A DNA stretch of 64,000 bases, taken from positions 1 through 64,000 of the IMG/VR virus record IMGVR_UViG_3300037851_000057; one strand, written 5' to 3'. This document shows, piece after piece, positions 33,800 through 42,445 of the stretch. The notes under the pieces are model-generated. The model did no database searches. It was not told the DNA's origin and saw only the letters and a program-made list of their open reading frames with translations. The DNA comes from a virus. Made by a program: the position numbers and the translations under genes. Position 1 is the stretch's first letter. Each line of letters starts with the position of its first letter.

Positions 33800-34957
33800 C
33801 TAGAGGATGCCGCGGTCTTTCAAGCGCTCCAGAAGCGCCCACCGTGTCTCGACGCCCGGCCGCCCATCGGTCGTGATGCCGGCCATCCTCTGGAACAGCC
33901 ACACGCTCTGCACCTCATCCGAATCCAGGTGCGATTCCAGATTGTCCCGCATCGCCCCTCCCTTCTCGATGCTGGGAATGTAGTACCCCAACAGCCAGAG
34001 CGCCAGCTTGCCCCAGGCACCGAAAGCCGAGTCCTTCACCGGGAGCGTATGGACCGCGCTCTTGAAGCGCTCCCACGCCACGTCAGCCGGGGGCATCTCC
34101 GCCATCTCGCTCACGGCCGCCACCACACGCTGGACGATCTCCGTGCGAGCATGAAGCACGCTCGCCACGTCCTGGCGCATGAGGTTCCACCACGTCAGTT
34201 GCTCCAGGGGCCTCCAGTCATCGAACACCGCATCTCGGATGCCGTGAATGGGGCAGGTTGGGCCCGGGTCCCGCTTGTCCGTCGCCATCTTCTTGCCGTT
34301 GGCGCGGAGCGTGTTCACCGCCTGGACGTGCTCGTGACCAATGACCTGGGGCCGCCGTAGCTCGGCGCCGGGGAGGTCCCGGACGTAGCGGAGCACCGCG
34401 ATCACCGCCGCCACTTGCTCAGCCGTGAACGGGTCCCACCACTTCCCCCACGCCTGCATCGGGGTCTTGTAGGCACTGTGCCACTCGGCCGTCCACTCGG
34501 GGGCGTCCTTTGCCTTCGGCCGCCAGGTGTTGAAGGTCTTGCCGTCCGCCGTTTTCAGCTCGCCCGCGCTCACGCACTCCACACCGTAGTAGGTATCGTT
34601 GGTCCAGGTCCCGTGCCACGCTTCCGTGGTCGGGGGCCGGCACTGGATGACGGTCGCGGGAAGCGCCGCCACGAGGGGCAAGTCTTGGGTGAGCATCGCC
34701 TGGGAGCCGAGGGCTCGATCCGCTATCACCACATGCGAGCTGGCCTTGGCGTTCAGCTCGGGATCGTTGAACCACCTGATGACGCGGTTCAGGTCCTCGT
34801 CCGCCGTGTAGTGGACCACCGCGCCTTTCAGGGCCCCCATCTTGGAGTCGCCCCACGGGCTTACGGGAAGCGCCTTCTTGACGTTCTGAGCGATGTACCG
34901 CTCGGAAAAAAGGGCAAGCTGGCGGAAGAACTCTAGGGCTTGGTTTCCATCTGGCAT
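33800..34957 (-). CDS. N-acetylmuramoyl-L-alanine amidase (Amidase_2/PGRP fold) with C-terminal peptidoglycan-binding repeat
   Basis: ..AVVHYTADED..SSHVVIADR..YYGVECVSAG..IGHEHV..KRDPGPTCP.. and MAGITTDGRPGVETRWAL. ATG 34957 after GGAGGA. Confidence 0.85.
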   Translation of the reverse strand: MPDGNQALEFFRQLALFSERYIAQNVKKALPVSPWGDSKMGALKGAVVHYTADEDLNRVIRWFNDPELNAKASSHVVIADRALGSQAMLTQDLPLVAALPATVIQCRPPTTEAWHGTWTNDTYYGVECVSAGELKTADGKTFNTWRPKAKDAPEWTAEWHSAYKTPMQAWGKWWDPFTAEQVAAVIAVLRYVRDLPGAELRRPQVIGHEHVQAVNTLRANGKKMATDKRDPGPTCPIHGIRDAVFDDWRPLEQLTWWNLMRQDVASVLHARTEIVQRVVAAVSEMAEMPPADVAWERFKSAVHTLPVKDSAFGAWGKLALWLLGYYIPSIEKGGAMRDNLESHLDSDEVQSVWLFQRMAGITTDGRPGVETRWALLERLKDRGIL

Positions 34958-35979
34958 CACGTCCTCCAGGGCCAAAGCCCCTCGACCATCGCCCCGGATT
35001 CTACTCGGAGCGGGCCATCGGGCTGACCCTGGTAACATAGCCGGACGTTGGGCGTGCGAACAGCCTTGAGGGTTTGCACGAGGCACTTACCGTTGATGAT
35101 CTTGGTGGCCTGGATGGTCGGCCCTCCCGCCTGCCCACGGACCACCGCTCGGAAGCCCTTGCCGCCTTCCTCCGCGTTCCAGCTTTTGACGATCACCTCG
35201 GGACCGTTGAAGTCCAGCGCCACCGTCTTGAGAGCGCTCACCACGAGGGCCTTCTCCACCGCCTTGAGCATCCGTTTCGTCTCGACCACGAGCACCGGCC
35301 AGTCATGCGCCGAAGGTAGGTGCTTCTTGCAGTCCGGGAAGTGACCCTCCAGCTTGAGCGGAGCGAACCGTAGCTCATCCCCACGCCGGGCGAACACGAG
35401 CTTGTCCGTGAAGGCCAGCGCTACCCGGCCATCCTTCCAGCCTTTCAGCATCCGGGCCGGAACCAGCCGGTCCTGGGGCCAGCCGGGCACGTCAGCCACC
35501 GTCACCCGAATGGCGTCCGTGGCCTCCACGTAGCCCGGCCGGAATCGGATGTTCTTGAAGGTCGGTTGCTTGGACTTCTCCTCCGCCGCCGCGTGCAGGA
35601 TAGGCCAGACGTGATTCCAGTAGGGGTACTCCGCCATCTCCGGCATCTCGGCCGGGGGCCGCGGGTAGGCGATGGCGTCCTTGACCTGGGCCTGGAACGA
35701 ACCGCCTTCCTCGGTGCGGAAGGTCACCATGTTCCCGTCCCGGTCGGCCCCCAAGAGCTTGTGCCTGGCGATGGGCTTCACCGCGTCCAGGGGAATGAGC
35801 GCCGCGGGAATGGAAGCGTCCACGGACACCATGCACCCCACGAGCCCGTCCGTGGCAAACACCCACGCGGACGAGTCCCCGACGCTCGGCAAGAGCATCA
35901 CCGCTTGGTACAGGTCAGGAGACTTCCGCCCCGTGGCCGCGAACTTCGCCGCCGTCTGAATCGCCTTGTGCAGTTGCAT
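34957..35979 (-). CDS. DNA polymerase sliding clamp (DnaN/beta-clamp-like)
   Basis: 340 aa. ..FATDGLVGCMV.., ..EATDAIRVTV.., EGHFPDCKKHLP, ..INGKCLVQTLKAV..PLRVES.. follow the beta-clamp domain pattern. Confidence 0.6.
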   Translation of the reverse strand: MQLHKAIQTAAKFAATGRKSPDLYQAVMLLPSVGDSSAWVFATDGLVGCMVSVDASIPAALIPLDAVKPIARHKLLGADRDGNMVTFRTEEGGSFQAQVKDAIAYPRPPAEMPEMAEYPYWNHVWPILHAAAEEKSKQPTFKNIRFRPGYVEATDAIRVTVADVPGWPQDRLVPARMLKGWKDGRVALAFTDKLVFARRGDELRFAPLKLEGHFPDCKKHLPSAHDWPVLVVETKRMLKAVEKALVVSALKTVALDFNGPEVIVKSWNAEEGGKGFRAVVRGQAGGPTIQATKIINGKCLVQTLKAVRTPNVRLCYQGQPDGPLRVESGAMVEGLWPWRT

Positions 35980-35982
35980 CGA

Positions 35983-36213
35983 TCAGTTGCCCTCCAGAAG
36001 TGTGCTCTCAGCCGTGAGGGTGGCTTCGGCTTCCTGGAGCGCCGCCAAGGCCGCAATCGGACTCGGCGCCAGGACCTTCTGGAGTAGGCGGGTGGCGATG
36101 ACGGCCGCCATGAGCAAGTCCTTGGGGTGGATGCCTTGCGAACCCGACACCCCGATCAGGTCGGAGGCGATGTCGTCCGCCAGCTCCATGATCTGTTTCG
36201 AGTCCAGTCTCAT
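35983..36213 (-). CDS. hypothetical protein (76 aa)
   Basis: Track ORF, tightly packed. Confidence 0.5.
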   Translation of the reverse strand: MRLDSKQIMELADDIASDLIGVSGSQGIHPKDLLMAAVIATRLLQKVLAPSPIAALAALQEAEATLTAESTLLEGN

Positions 36214-36216
36214 CGT

Positions 36217-36846
36217 TCACTCCACCCAGAGCGCCAACCAGTCAAGGTCGGCCTCCGTAAGGGCCAGCCCGGCTTCCAGCCGTGCTACAGCTTCTCTCAT
36301 AACCTTACCCGATACTCCAGCTTTGTCACCCCCTGAGCGTTGATTTTTCCGAATCAGGACCAGTTGCTCGGCAAAGGTGGTCGGCAACCCCAAGCGGATA
36401 CACAGCCTCCGATGCCGGTAGTAGCACCTCTCGCACAGCCCGCCGCCCGTATGCCGGCGCCTCTCCGTCGCGCACCACGCGCACCCGTAACGCCGAAGGG
36501 TTGCGCTCCAGTAATCGTGTGCCAGCCAGGCTACCAACTCCTCCAGTTGTTCCTCGGTGATGATGTGAGCGCCCCGCGGGCCCAACCGCTTCCACTTCTG
36601 CCCCAAGGCGTTCTGGGCCCGCTTGAGCTGGCACCGGGAATAGCCGGTCACCCGAGCCAGCTCCCAGAACGTGTACGCACCCCTCGTGAAGCCGCCCTCC
36701 CCGTACTCTCGCCGGAGCTTGGCCTTGATGGCGTCCCGAGTCCGGCCGCAATGCCGCTCGAACCACGAGATGCCCGAGATGGACACCCCGTTGAACAGAT
36801 CCATCTCCTGTTCTTTGGTCCAGAACCACGGCTTACGCCTCGCCAT
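36217..36846 (-). CDS. Myb/SANT-like plus HTH DNA-binding protein with Cys4 cluster (209 aa)
   Basis: WTKEQEMDLF..RTRDAIKAKLRR. Paralogous domain shared with 19644..20051. CAWC..CERC. Confidence 0.55.
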   Translation of the reverse strand: MARRKPWFWTKEQEMDLFNGVSISGISWFERHCGRTRDAIKAKLRREYGEGGFTRGAYTFWELARVTGYSRCQLKRAQNALGQKWKRLGPRGAHIITEEQLEELVAWLAHDYWSATLRRYGCAWCATERRRHTGGGLCERCYYRHRRLCIRLGLPTTFAEQLVLIRKNQRSGGDKAGVSGKVMREAVARLEAGLALTEADLDWLALWVE

Positions 36847-37591
36847 CCTCGCCGTCCTCATCGCCCTCATCCAGTGGAGGCGGGCGCTTCTTTCGGGGGG
36901 TCGGTTCCTCCGCCTCACCGCGCTCCCGCAACAGCTTCTCCACCTCCTCACGCCTCATCCGCATGAGCAACACGCCCATGGCCGTAGCCTCGTTCTCGGT
37001 GGGCCGAATCCGAAGGTTGGGATGAAGCGTGGTCGGCCTCTGTTCCTCCTGGGGCTCAGGCCGTGGCGATACCGCTGGGATGATGTACTCCCCGAGGGAT
37101 GATCGCATCTTGTCCAGGTACTCCGAATACTCCAACCGCACCCGGGCCCAACCTTCCAGACTCTTGGGCTGGAGGGTGAGCACGATGTTACCATCGGCGT
37201 CCTTGGTCATGCCGGCCTTCTCGATGGCGGAGCACACCTGCTCCATCATCCGAAGCTCCTTGACCCGGGATTGGACAAGCTCCGAACCGATCTCGTTCTC
37301 GACGTGCTTGGAGTACAGGACCACGAACTCCCGCCGCCGCTCGGACCACTTATCCTGGAAGCACCAATTTTCCATCGTCCGCATGGACAGGTGCGCGAAT
37401 TGGGGTTGGTCGTGGATCTGCTTGATCGTCAGACCCTCGATGCTCGTAATGTACTGTTGTCCCGCCGCCAACCGAAGCGCCGCGTTGGTTTGCTGGAGCA
37501 CCATGGACAGGGGTGTCCCGTCCGGGAGGATGATCTCCGCCTGGGGCACCGCCTTCACCGGCTTGCGCTTGATGGGGGCCTTCTTAGCCAT
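36833..37591 (-). CDS. hypothetical DNA-binding-like protein (252 aa); weak resemblance to a small terminase subunit
   Basis: ATG 37591 after GGAGG. Basic N-terminus, ..MRTMENWCFQDKWSERRREF.., acidic C-terminus. The function call is tentative. Confidence 0.5.
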   Translation of the reverse strand: MAKKAPIKRKPVKAVPQAEIILPDGTPLSMVLQQTNAALRLAAGQQYITSIEGLTIKQIHDQPQFAHLSMRTMENWCFQDKWSERRREFVVLYSKHVENEIGSELVQSRVKELRMMEQVCSAIEKAGMTKDADGNIVLTLQPKSLEGWARVRLEYSEYLDKMRSSLGEYIIPAVSPRPEPQEEQRPTTLHPNLRIRPTENEATAMGVLLMRMRREEVEKLLRERGEAEEPTPRKKRPPPLDEGDEDGEDGEA

Positions 37592-37868
37592 AGGGCCTCC
37601 GTTGATGCACCCCGGCCAGCCGCTCATCCAGCATCGGCTTGGCTTCCAGGCTCCACACGCGCTCTACCACCACTTGGATGCCCTTGTCCGTGACACCCTT
37701 GGCCGCGTCCTTCTCGACCGAGAACTCCACGTCCAGCTTGCCCCGCTCGTTCTGATACCAGTTGGGGTGGATGGCCGCGGGAGGCACCTTGAGAAGGTCC
37801 GAGATGCGGTACACCGCCCAGGTCACCACCTCGTTGGCCACCATCGCCGTGTTCATGAGGATGATCAT
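37584..37868 (-). CDS. hypothetical protein (94 aa)
   Basis: Track ORF. ATGA overlap at the start. Confidence 0.5.
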   Translation of the reverse strand: MIILMNTAMVANEVVTWAVYRISDLLKVPPAAIHPNWYQNERGKLDVEFSVEKDAAKGVTDKGIQVVVERVWSLEAKPMLDERLAGVHQRRPYG

Positions 37869-38242
37869 GTCCGGGCTCTCTCCTCAAACGCCTCTTGGAA
37901 CTCGGGGTCCTCGGGCTCGGGGGGCTCCGCTTCCGTGAAAGCGTGCTCGATGCCGCCGTCCTCCTCATGCTCGTAGATGTCCGCCCACGTCGTCAGGATC
38001 TCGGCCGCCGCCTGCTCGACGCTCCCGTCCTTGCAGATCCGGGCCAGGAACTCATGCACCCGCGGGGGCACGCTGATAGTCCCCAGCTCCACGAGGCTCA
38101 CTTCCTCAGCCTGGGGGGCCACTTCCACCTCCGGGGTGGCCTTTTCCACCTCGGGAGTAGCCGTTTCCACCTCGGGGGTGGTTTCCTTCACTTCTGGCGT
38201 CTCCGCTTTCGCTCGCACGCCCTTCCGCTTCTTGGTCGCCAT
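37865..38242 (-). CDS. acidic protein with 4 x TPEVE heptad repeats (125 aa)
   Basis: ATG 38242 after GAGGAGAGCGTC. ETPEVKETTPEVETATPEVEKATPEVEV. Confidence 0.55.
   Translation of the reverse strand: MATKKRKGVRAKAETPEVKETTPEVETATPEVEKATPEVEVAPQAEEVSLVELGTISVPPRVHEFLARICKDGSVEQAAAEILTTWADIYEHEEDGGIEHAFTEAEPPEPEDPEFQEAFEERART
38118..38201. repeat. 4 x 21-bp tandem repeat (coding, TPEVE units)
   Basis: Read directly: GCCnnTTCCACCTCGGGnGTn units. Confidence 0.85.
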
Positions 38243-38254
38243 GACGCTCTCCTC

Positions 38255-38848
38255 TCACATGCCCGCGAGGGCTCTGATACGGTACATTTCCTCCAACGCC
38301 AGGTAGGCCAGTCCCACCGCGTCGTAGATGTGCTCGTGCTTCCCCTTGGCCGTGTCCGCCATGATCGGCGCCAACCCCTCCACCGCCTGAAGAAGGGCGT
38401 AGCCCACCCGGTTCTTGTCGCCGGCCTTGTTGCCCAGGAACCGCCGCTTGATGTCGGACGGTAGGAACACGGCCGGGTTCAACCCGCACGCCCACCCAAC
38501 GCATTGGACCACTTGGACGGCCGCGCCCACCTTCCAGGCATTGCCACCCATCTGCCCCGGGAACGGGCGCCAGCCTTCCACACCTACAGCCTTCGGTTGG
38601 TGCTCCCGGATGATCTCCATGAGCCCATCCCAGAACTCCCGAAGCCGCCGCTGGTCATCACTCGCCACGCGGAGTGTCTGGAGTGTTTTCTTGTCCGCCT
38701 TCTTGGTTTCCATCACGTCCACCATCCGGGCTCTCACTTCCCCCGTTGGTAGATGCTCCAGAATCGCCACTCCCAACGACGCGAAGCCCGGGTCCACTCC
38801 CATCACCGTCACCGGCATGTTGGGCTTGGGCAAGTTGTTGCTCTGCAT
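38255..38848 (-). CDS. ruvC: RuvC-like Holliday junction resolvase
   Basis: VMGVDPGFASLGVAILE.., ..AVGVEGW.., C-terminal EHIYDAVGLAYLAL. ATG 38848 after GGGAGAGGACT. Confidence 0.8.
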   Translation of the reverse strand: MQSNNLPKPNMPVTVMGVDPGFASLGVAILEHLPTGEVRARMVDVMETKKADKKTLQTLRVASDDQRRLREFWDGLMEIIREHQPKAVGVEGWRPFPGQMGGNAWKVGAAVQVVQCVGWACGLNPAVFLPSDIKRRFLGNKAGDKNRVGYALLQAVEGLAPIMADTAKGKHEHIYDAVGLAYLALEEMYRIRALAGM

Positions 38849-39236
38849 AGTCCTCTCCCTTCTTGATCACCTCAGCCGCTTCCTTGGGGGTGAGCTTCAC
38901 CGCCCGGAGCACGCTGACATTGTGGGAGATGACGCACACCGGCCGCTTCACCACCGCCATCACCCGATTCTTGATGTCCTCGGCCATCTCGTAGCTGGTC
39001 GTCTCAGGGACGCTCACCACGATGTAGTCCTCCAGCTTCCCCTCGATGTGGTGCTTCTCAGCCTGCACCGCCACCGCGCTCTCCATCTCCTCCTCCGTCA
39101 GAGGCTCCAGAGCGGACTCCAGCCGATACACCTCGGCGTTGTACCTTTCGGCCCTGTTTCTTTTTCTTAGGTGGCTCGGGTTCGCTGAGGATCGCTTGTC
39201 CGTCACCCGGAAGCCCTTGCTGTTGTCGTTGCTCAT
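38658..39236 (-). CDS. hypothetical protein (192 aa as drawn; the last ~60 aa are an out-of-frame read-through across the ruvC 5' end)
   Basis: ATG 39236 after GGAGAGCGTCA. GC3 bias is good up to ~38850, then drops. Confidence 0.5.
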   Translation of the reverse strand: MSNDNSKGFRVTDKRSSANPSHLRKRNRAERYNAEVYRLESALEPLTEEEMESAVAVQAEKHHIEGKLEDYIVVSVPETTSYEMAEDIKNRVMAVVKRPVCVISHNVSVLRAVKLTPKEAAEVIKKGEDYAEQQLAQAQHAGDGDGSGPGLRVVGSGDSGASTNGGSESPDGGRDGNQEGGQENTPDTPRGE

Positions 39237-41169
39237 TGACGCTCTCCATGATGGCCGCTCGGCCGTTCTGTTTCCTTATCGTCACCCGTTGCTCGAAGTG
39301 AGCCTGGAAGTCGCTGTCGTGCTCTACCACGAAAATGCTGGAACGCTCCCTCTTGAGGTAGCCCAGCATCTCGACCACAGCCTCCCCACCCTTGGCGTCC
39401 ACATGCTTGAACACCTCGTCCAGGACGAGAGCATCCCAACGCTTGCGGGCCCTGGCCGCCACGAGCCGGCTCAGCCCGAAGTCGATAGCCCAGCTCACCC
39501 GCCGCTTCTCGCCCCCGCTCCAGCTCTTGTAATTGCGCTCGGTGATGGTCCCGTTGGTGTTGTAGCGGAACACGCGGATGTTGATGTCGTTGCTCAGCCG
39601 CTTGGTGCTCCGCCCCATCTTCTGAGTCTCGAACCGCACCCAGATCGTCCCGCCCGTTAGGAGCTTCACCCAATGGTTGGCCGCGTCAGTCATCTCCCCG
39701 AGCCGATGGTCCAGGATGTAGTTCTTGAGCCCCTTGTTGGCGAAGGCGTCCACCCAGAAGTCCACGTAGCGTTGCTGGAGCGCCTTCCCATTGAGCGCCA
39801 GCTTGGCGCCGTCCCGTTGGGCATCCAGCGCCGCAATCTTCTGTTGGGTGTCCCCAGCCGCCACCGCCCATGGGTTCTGCTCCCCCTTGATACTCAGCCA
39901 GTCCTGGCGAAGGGTAGCCAGCTCCCGGTCTTGGGCGGTCACCATCGCTCGGATCTGAGCAAAGGACTCGACCTGGCGCCGGAGGTTGGCGAGCTGCGTC
40001 TGTTGCTCCCGATGAAGCGCGTCCGCCCGCTCCACCTCTTGCCGTCGCTGCGTCTGCAAGGTGGCGATGGTCGCGTGAGCCGCCTTCACCTTGGCCTGCA
40101 TGTCCCCGAGCGGGAACCCCAGGTTGGTCAGCTCTTGCTGGAACCGCGATACCTCACGAGCCAGGTGCTCCGCCGTCACCGGCTGTCCGCACTGTGAGCA
40201 CGTCCCGGCCTTCTGGACCTGCATCTTGGTGAGCGCCGCTTGGATGGCCTTGGCCTGGCCCTGGATGATGCCTTCCTGGGCAATCCACCCCTGGAGCCCC
40301 CGTTGCTCGTTCTGAATCTGGGCATCCAGCCCGGACACGTCCGCCACCGGACGCACCACCGCCGCCTCAGCCTGAGCCAAGGCGTTGCGTGCCGCTTCCT
40401 CGCCGGCCAGAAGGGTCAGGTTGTGACCCCGTTGGGCATTCAACTCCTCTCCCCGTTGTTGCTTGGCCAAGAGCTTCGCTTCCCGTGCCTGTTCCCATTG
40501 AGCATGACGCGCTACCGCGTCCGCGGCCGAGGCTTGGTGCTCCATGATGCGGGCCGTGAGCTGCCCAATGCTGGACTCCAGGGCCCCCATCTCCTCCGTC
40601 ACGGTCTTGGCCGCCGCCTTGGCCCTCTCGCTCCACCCGTCAATGACGGCCAGCTCGGGGAGGATGCGAGACAACAGCTCCATGCGGCGGGCCTCGGTCG
40701 CCTCCGCGAAGTGGAACGTGTCCGCCTGCCCGTAGAACACGGTCGCGTGGAACACCTCACGGTCCAGCCCCAGCTCGTTCTCCAAGAGCCTTTGCGTCTC
40801 CGTCAGGTCCAGCGCCGCTTGCGCTTGGTCGCCCACCCAGAATTGAAGCTGAGTCGCCTTCCCGCGCTCTTTCAACCTCTCGACCATGACGCCAAGGTTG
40901 CGGTCCTCATCCCACAGAGCCACCCGGCCCTTCACCGCCTTGGCCTCATCGTTGATCACGCTGTCCACATGGTCACCCTTGGGGATGACTCCGAACAGCG
41001 TCCAGTCCAGCGCATCGAACAAGCTGGACTTGCCCGACCCGTTGCTGTTCATGCGAGGCTCGTCCAGGTTCTCACCCAACACGAGCACAAGCCCGCGGCC
41101 GGACACCCCGAAGGTGTGAGAGCCCAAGAAGGGGCCGTAGTTCTCCAGCTCTATCCGCTCGATTCTCAT
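39058..41169 (-). CDS. sbcC: SbcC/Rad50-like SMC ATPase
   Basis: Walker A NSNGSGKSSLFDAL. Long coiled coil with zinc hook CSQCGQP. Signature SGGEKRR. Walker B ALVLDEVF. Confidence 0.9.
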   Translation of the reverse strand: MRIERIELENYGPFLGSHTFGVSGRGLVLVLGENLDEPRMNSNGSGKSSLFDALDWTLFGVIPKGDHVDSVINDEAKAVKGRVALWDEDRNLGVMVERLKERGKATQLQFWVGDQAQAALDLTETQRLLENELGLDREVFHATVFYGQADTFHFAEATEARRMELLSRILPELAVIDGWSERAKAAAKTVTEEMGALESSIGQLTARIMEHQASAADAVARHAQWEQAREAKLLAKQQRGEELNAQRGHNLTLLAGEEAARNALAQAEAAVVRPVADVSGLDAQIQNEQRGLQGWIAQEGIIQGQAKAIQAALTKMQVQKAGTCSQCGQPVTAEHLAREVSRFQQELTNLGFPLGDMQAKVKAAHATIATLQTQRRQEVERADALHREQQTQLANLRRQVESFAQIRAMVTAQDRELATLRQDWLSIKGEQNPWAVAAGDTQQKIAALDAQRDGAKLALNGKALQQRYVDFWVDAFANKGLKNYILDHRLGEMTDAANHWVKLLTGGTIWVRFETQKMGRSTKRLSNDINIRVFRYNTNGTITERNYKSWSGGEKRRVSWAIDFGLSRLVAARARKRWDALVLDEVFKHVDAKGGEAVVEMLGYLKRERSSIFVVEHDSDFQAHFEQRVTIRKQNGRAAIMESVNEQRQQQGLPGDGQAILSEPEPPKKKKQGRKVQRRGVSAGVRSGASDGGGDGERGGGAG

Positions 41170-42167
41170 GTGGCACTCCCGGTCAGGGCCTTGAACGTCG
41201 CCATGAGCTGGCCCTTGTCCAGGTCAGTCTGGAGCTGGGCCACGTAGGCTTCCGCGTATTGCTGGAGCGTCGCCCCGTCCGCCACCGCGAGCCGAGCCTC
41301 CATCTTCTGGACTTCGGGCGTCACGGTATGGCGAGCGATGCCGGCCTGGGCCAGAAGCGCCCCGATCTGCTCAGCCGCTTGCTCAGCACCCGGGCCCACG
41401 GTCTTGACCCGCACCTCATCCCGCGGGTTCACGCCGGCCAGGTTGAACGCCGCGCCATCCGCCACCTCGAAGGTGTGGAACCGCGGGCCCCAATGCCGCT
41501 CGACGAACGCAAGCCCCGCCCCACCGGGCATCCAGGTACAGAAGCCCTTGGGTTGCCCCGCCTCATGCACGCTGGTCTGCCAGGGGCTCCCGATGTACCA
41601 GAGCCGGTCCCCCACCCGTTGGTGCTTGTGGTAGTGCCCACAGAGGATGGCCCGCCACCCCGCACCGAACGCCTCCAGAGGGATACCCTCGGGGTCGGTC
41701 ACGTTGTCGTTCATGAAGGCGCCGCGGATGCCGTGATGCAGGAACAGCACCGGAGCCACCTGGAGCCCATCGGGCACCCGGGTAGCCAACGCCGACACCA
41801 CCGTGGCCGGGTCCTTCCGGTAGGGCACCCACAAGCCATCCGTGTCCCAGGTGGGCTCGGAGTAGACCGACACCTGGGGTAGGTGGTCGAACAGCTCCAG
41901 GGCGTTGCGCCCGTTCACGTCGTACTGGTCATGATTGCCTGGAAGGATGCGGAGATGGATGCCGGCCGCCGCCCACCGCTTGAACTCATCCTTCACCGCA
42001 TTCTGGATGCGGGCGTCGATCTTGTAGCGAAAGTGGAACAGATCCCCGAGGCACACCGCCTGGTAGTCTTGCCGTTCCAGACACGCCTGATAGATGCCCG
42101 GGAACACCTCCCCGAGCACCGTCTCCGCGCTGTCCTCTCGAAGGTGAACGTCTGAGAAGATGATCAT
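41166..42167 (-). CDS. sbcD: SbcD/Mre11-like nuclease
   Basis: Metallophosphoesterase motifs IIFSDVHL, GDLFH, GNHD, LFLHHG, CGHYH. ATG 42167 after GGAGGAAGCGACG. Confidence 0.9.
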   Translation of the reverse strand: MIIFSDVHLREDSAETVLGEVFPGIYQACLERQDYQAVCLGDLFHFRYKIDARIQNAVKDEFKRWAAAGIHLRILPGNHDQYDVNGRNALELFDHLPQVSVYSEPTWDTDGLWVPYRKDPATVVSALATRVPDGLQVAPVLFLHHGIRGAFMNDNVTDPEGIPLEAFGAGWRAILCGHYHKHQRVGDRLWYIGSPWQTSVHEAGQPKGFCTWMPGGAGLAFVERHWGPRFHTFEVADGAAFNLAGVNPRDEVRVKTVGPGAEQAAEQIGALLAQAGIARHTVTPEVQKMEARLAVADGATLQQYAEAYVAQLQTDLDKGQLMATFKALTGSAT

Positions 42168-42445
42168 CGTCGCTTCCTCCGAACCGCCTCTTTCCCGAAG
42201 TGGCCCTTGATGTGGTCCCCGTTGCCGAGCACCGCTTGAGACTGGAACGCGGGCTTGCCAATGGTCGGGGCTTCCAGCCCGCCCTCCCGCTCCAGACTCC
42301 CGCCACACCGCTCACGGTAGGCGGGGTCCGTGCGCTCCCACTCGTTGGAGCCCTCATGCTGCATGGGCTTGTCCCGGTCCTCGTATTTCACCAAATGCTC
42401 CTCGATCAGTCCGCACTGTCGGCATCGGTAGGTGTAGAGGGGCAT
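42164..42445 (-). CDS. FmdB-family zinc-ribbon protein (93 aa)
   Basis: MPLYTYRCRQCG..., typical of the FmdB N-terminus. ATG 42445 after GGAGGA. Confidence 0.55.
   Translation of the reverse strand: MPLYTYRCRQCGLIEEHLVKYEDRDKPMQHEGSNEWERTDPAYRERCGGSLEREGGLEAPTIGKPAFQSQAVLGNGDHIKGHFGKEAVRRKRR

Noticed and set aside
33800-35086. N-terminal extensions of many track ORFs (e.g. 33800..35086, 41166..42308, 23757..24497, 45786..48017, 7707..9629, 13914..14705, 25815..26327)
   Set aside because: The extensions overlap the upstream gene in another frame and look non-protein-like. They lie upstream of an internal ATG/GTG that has the conserved RBS or an ATGA-type coupling junction. Starts were trimmed accordingly (frame-checked only).
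38118-38201. Tandem repeats (38118-38201, ~44040-44170, 58868-58921) considered as CRISPR-like or satellite arrays
   Set aside because: They have no unique spacers. All are in frame within coding regions and translate to peptide repeats (TPEVE, PAPYQGG, QAGTYV).
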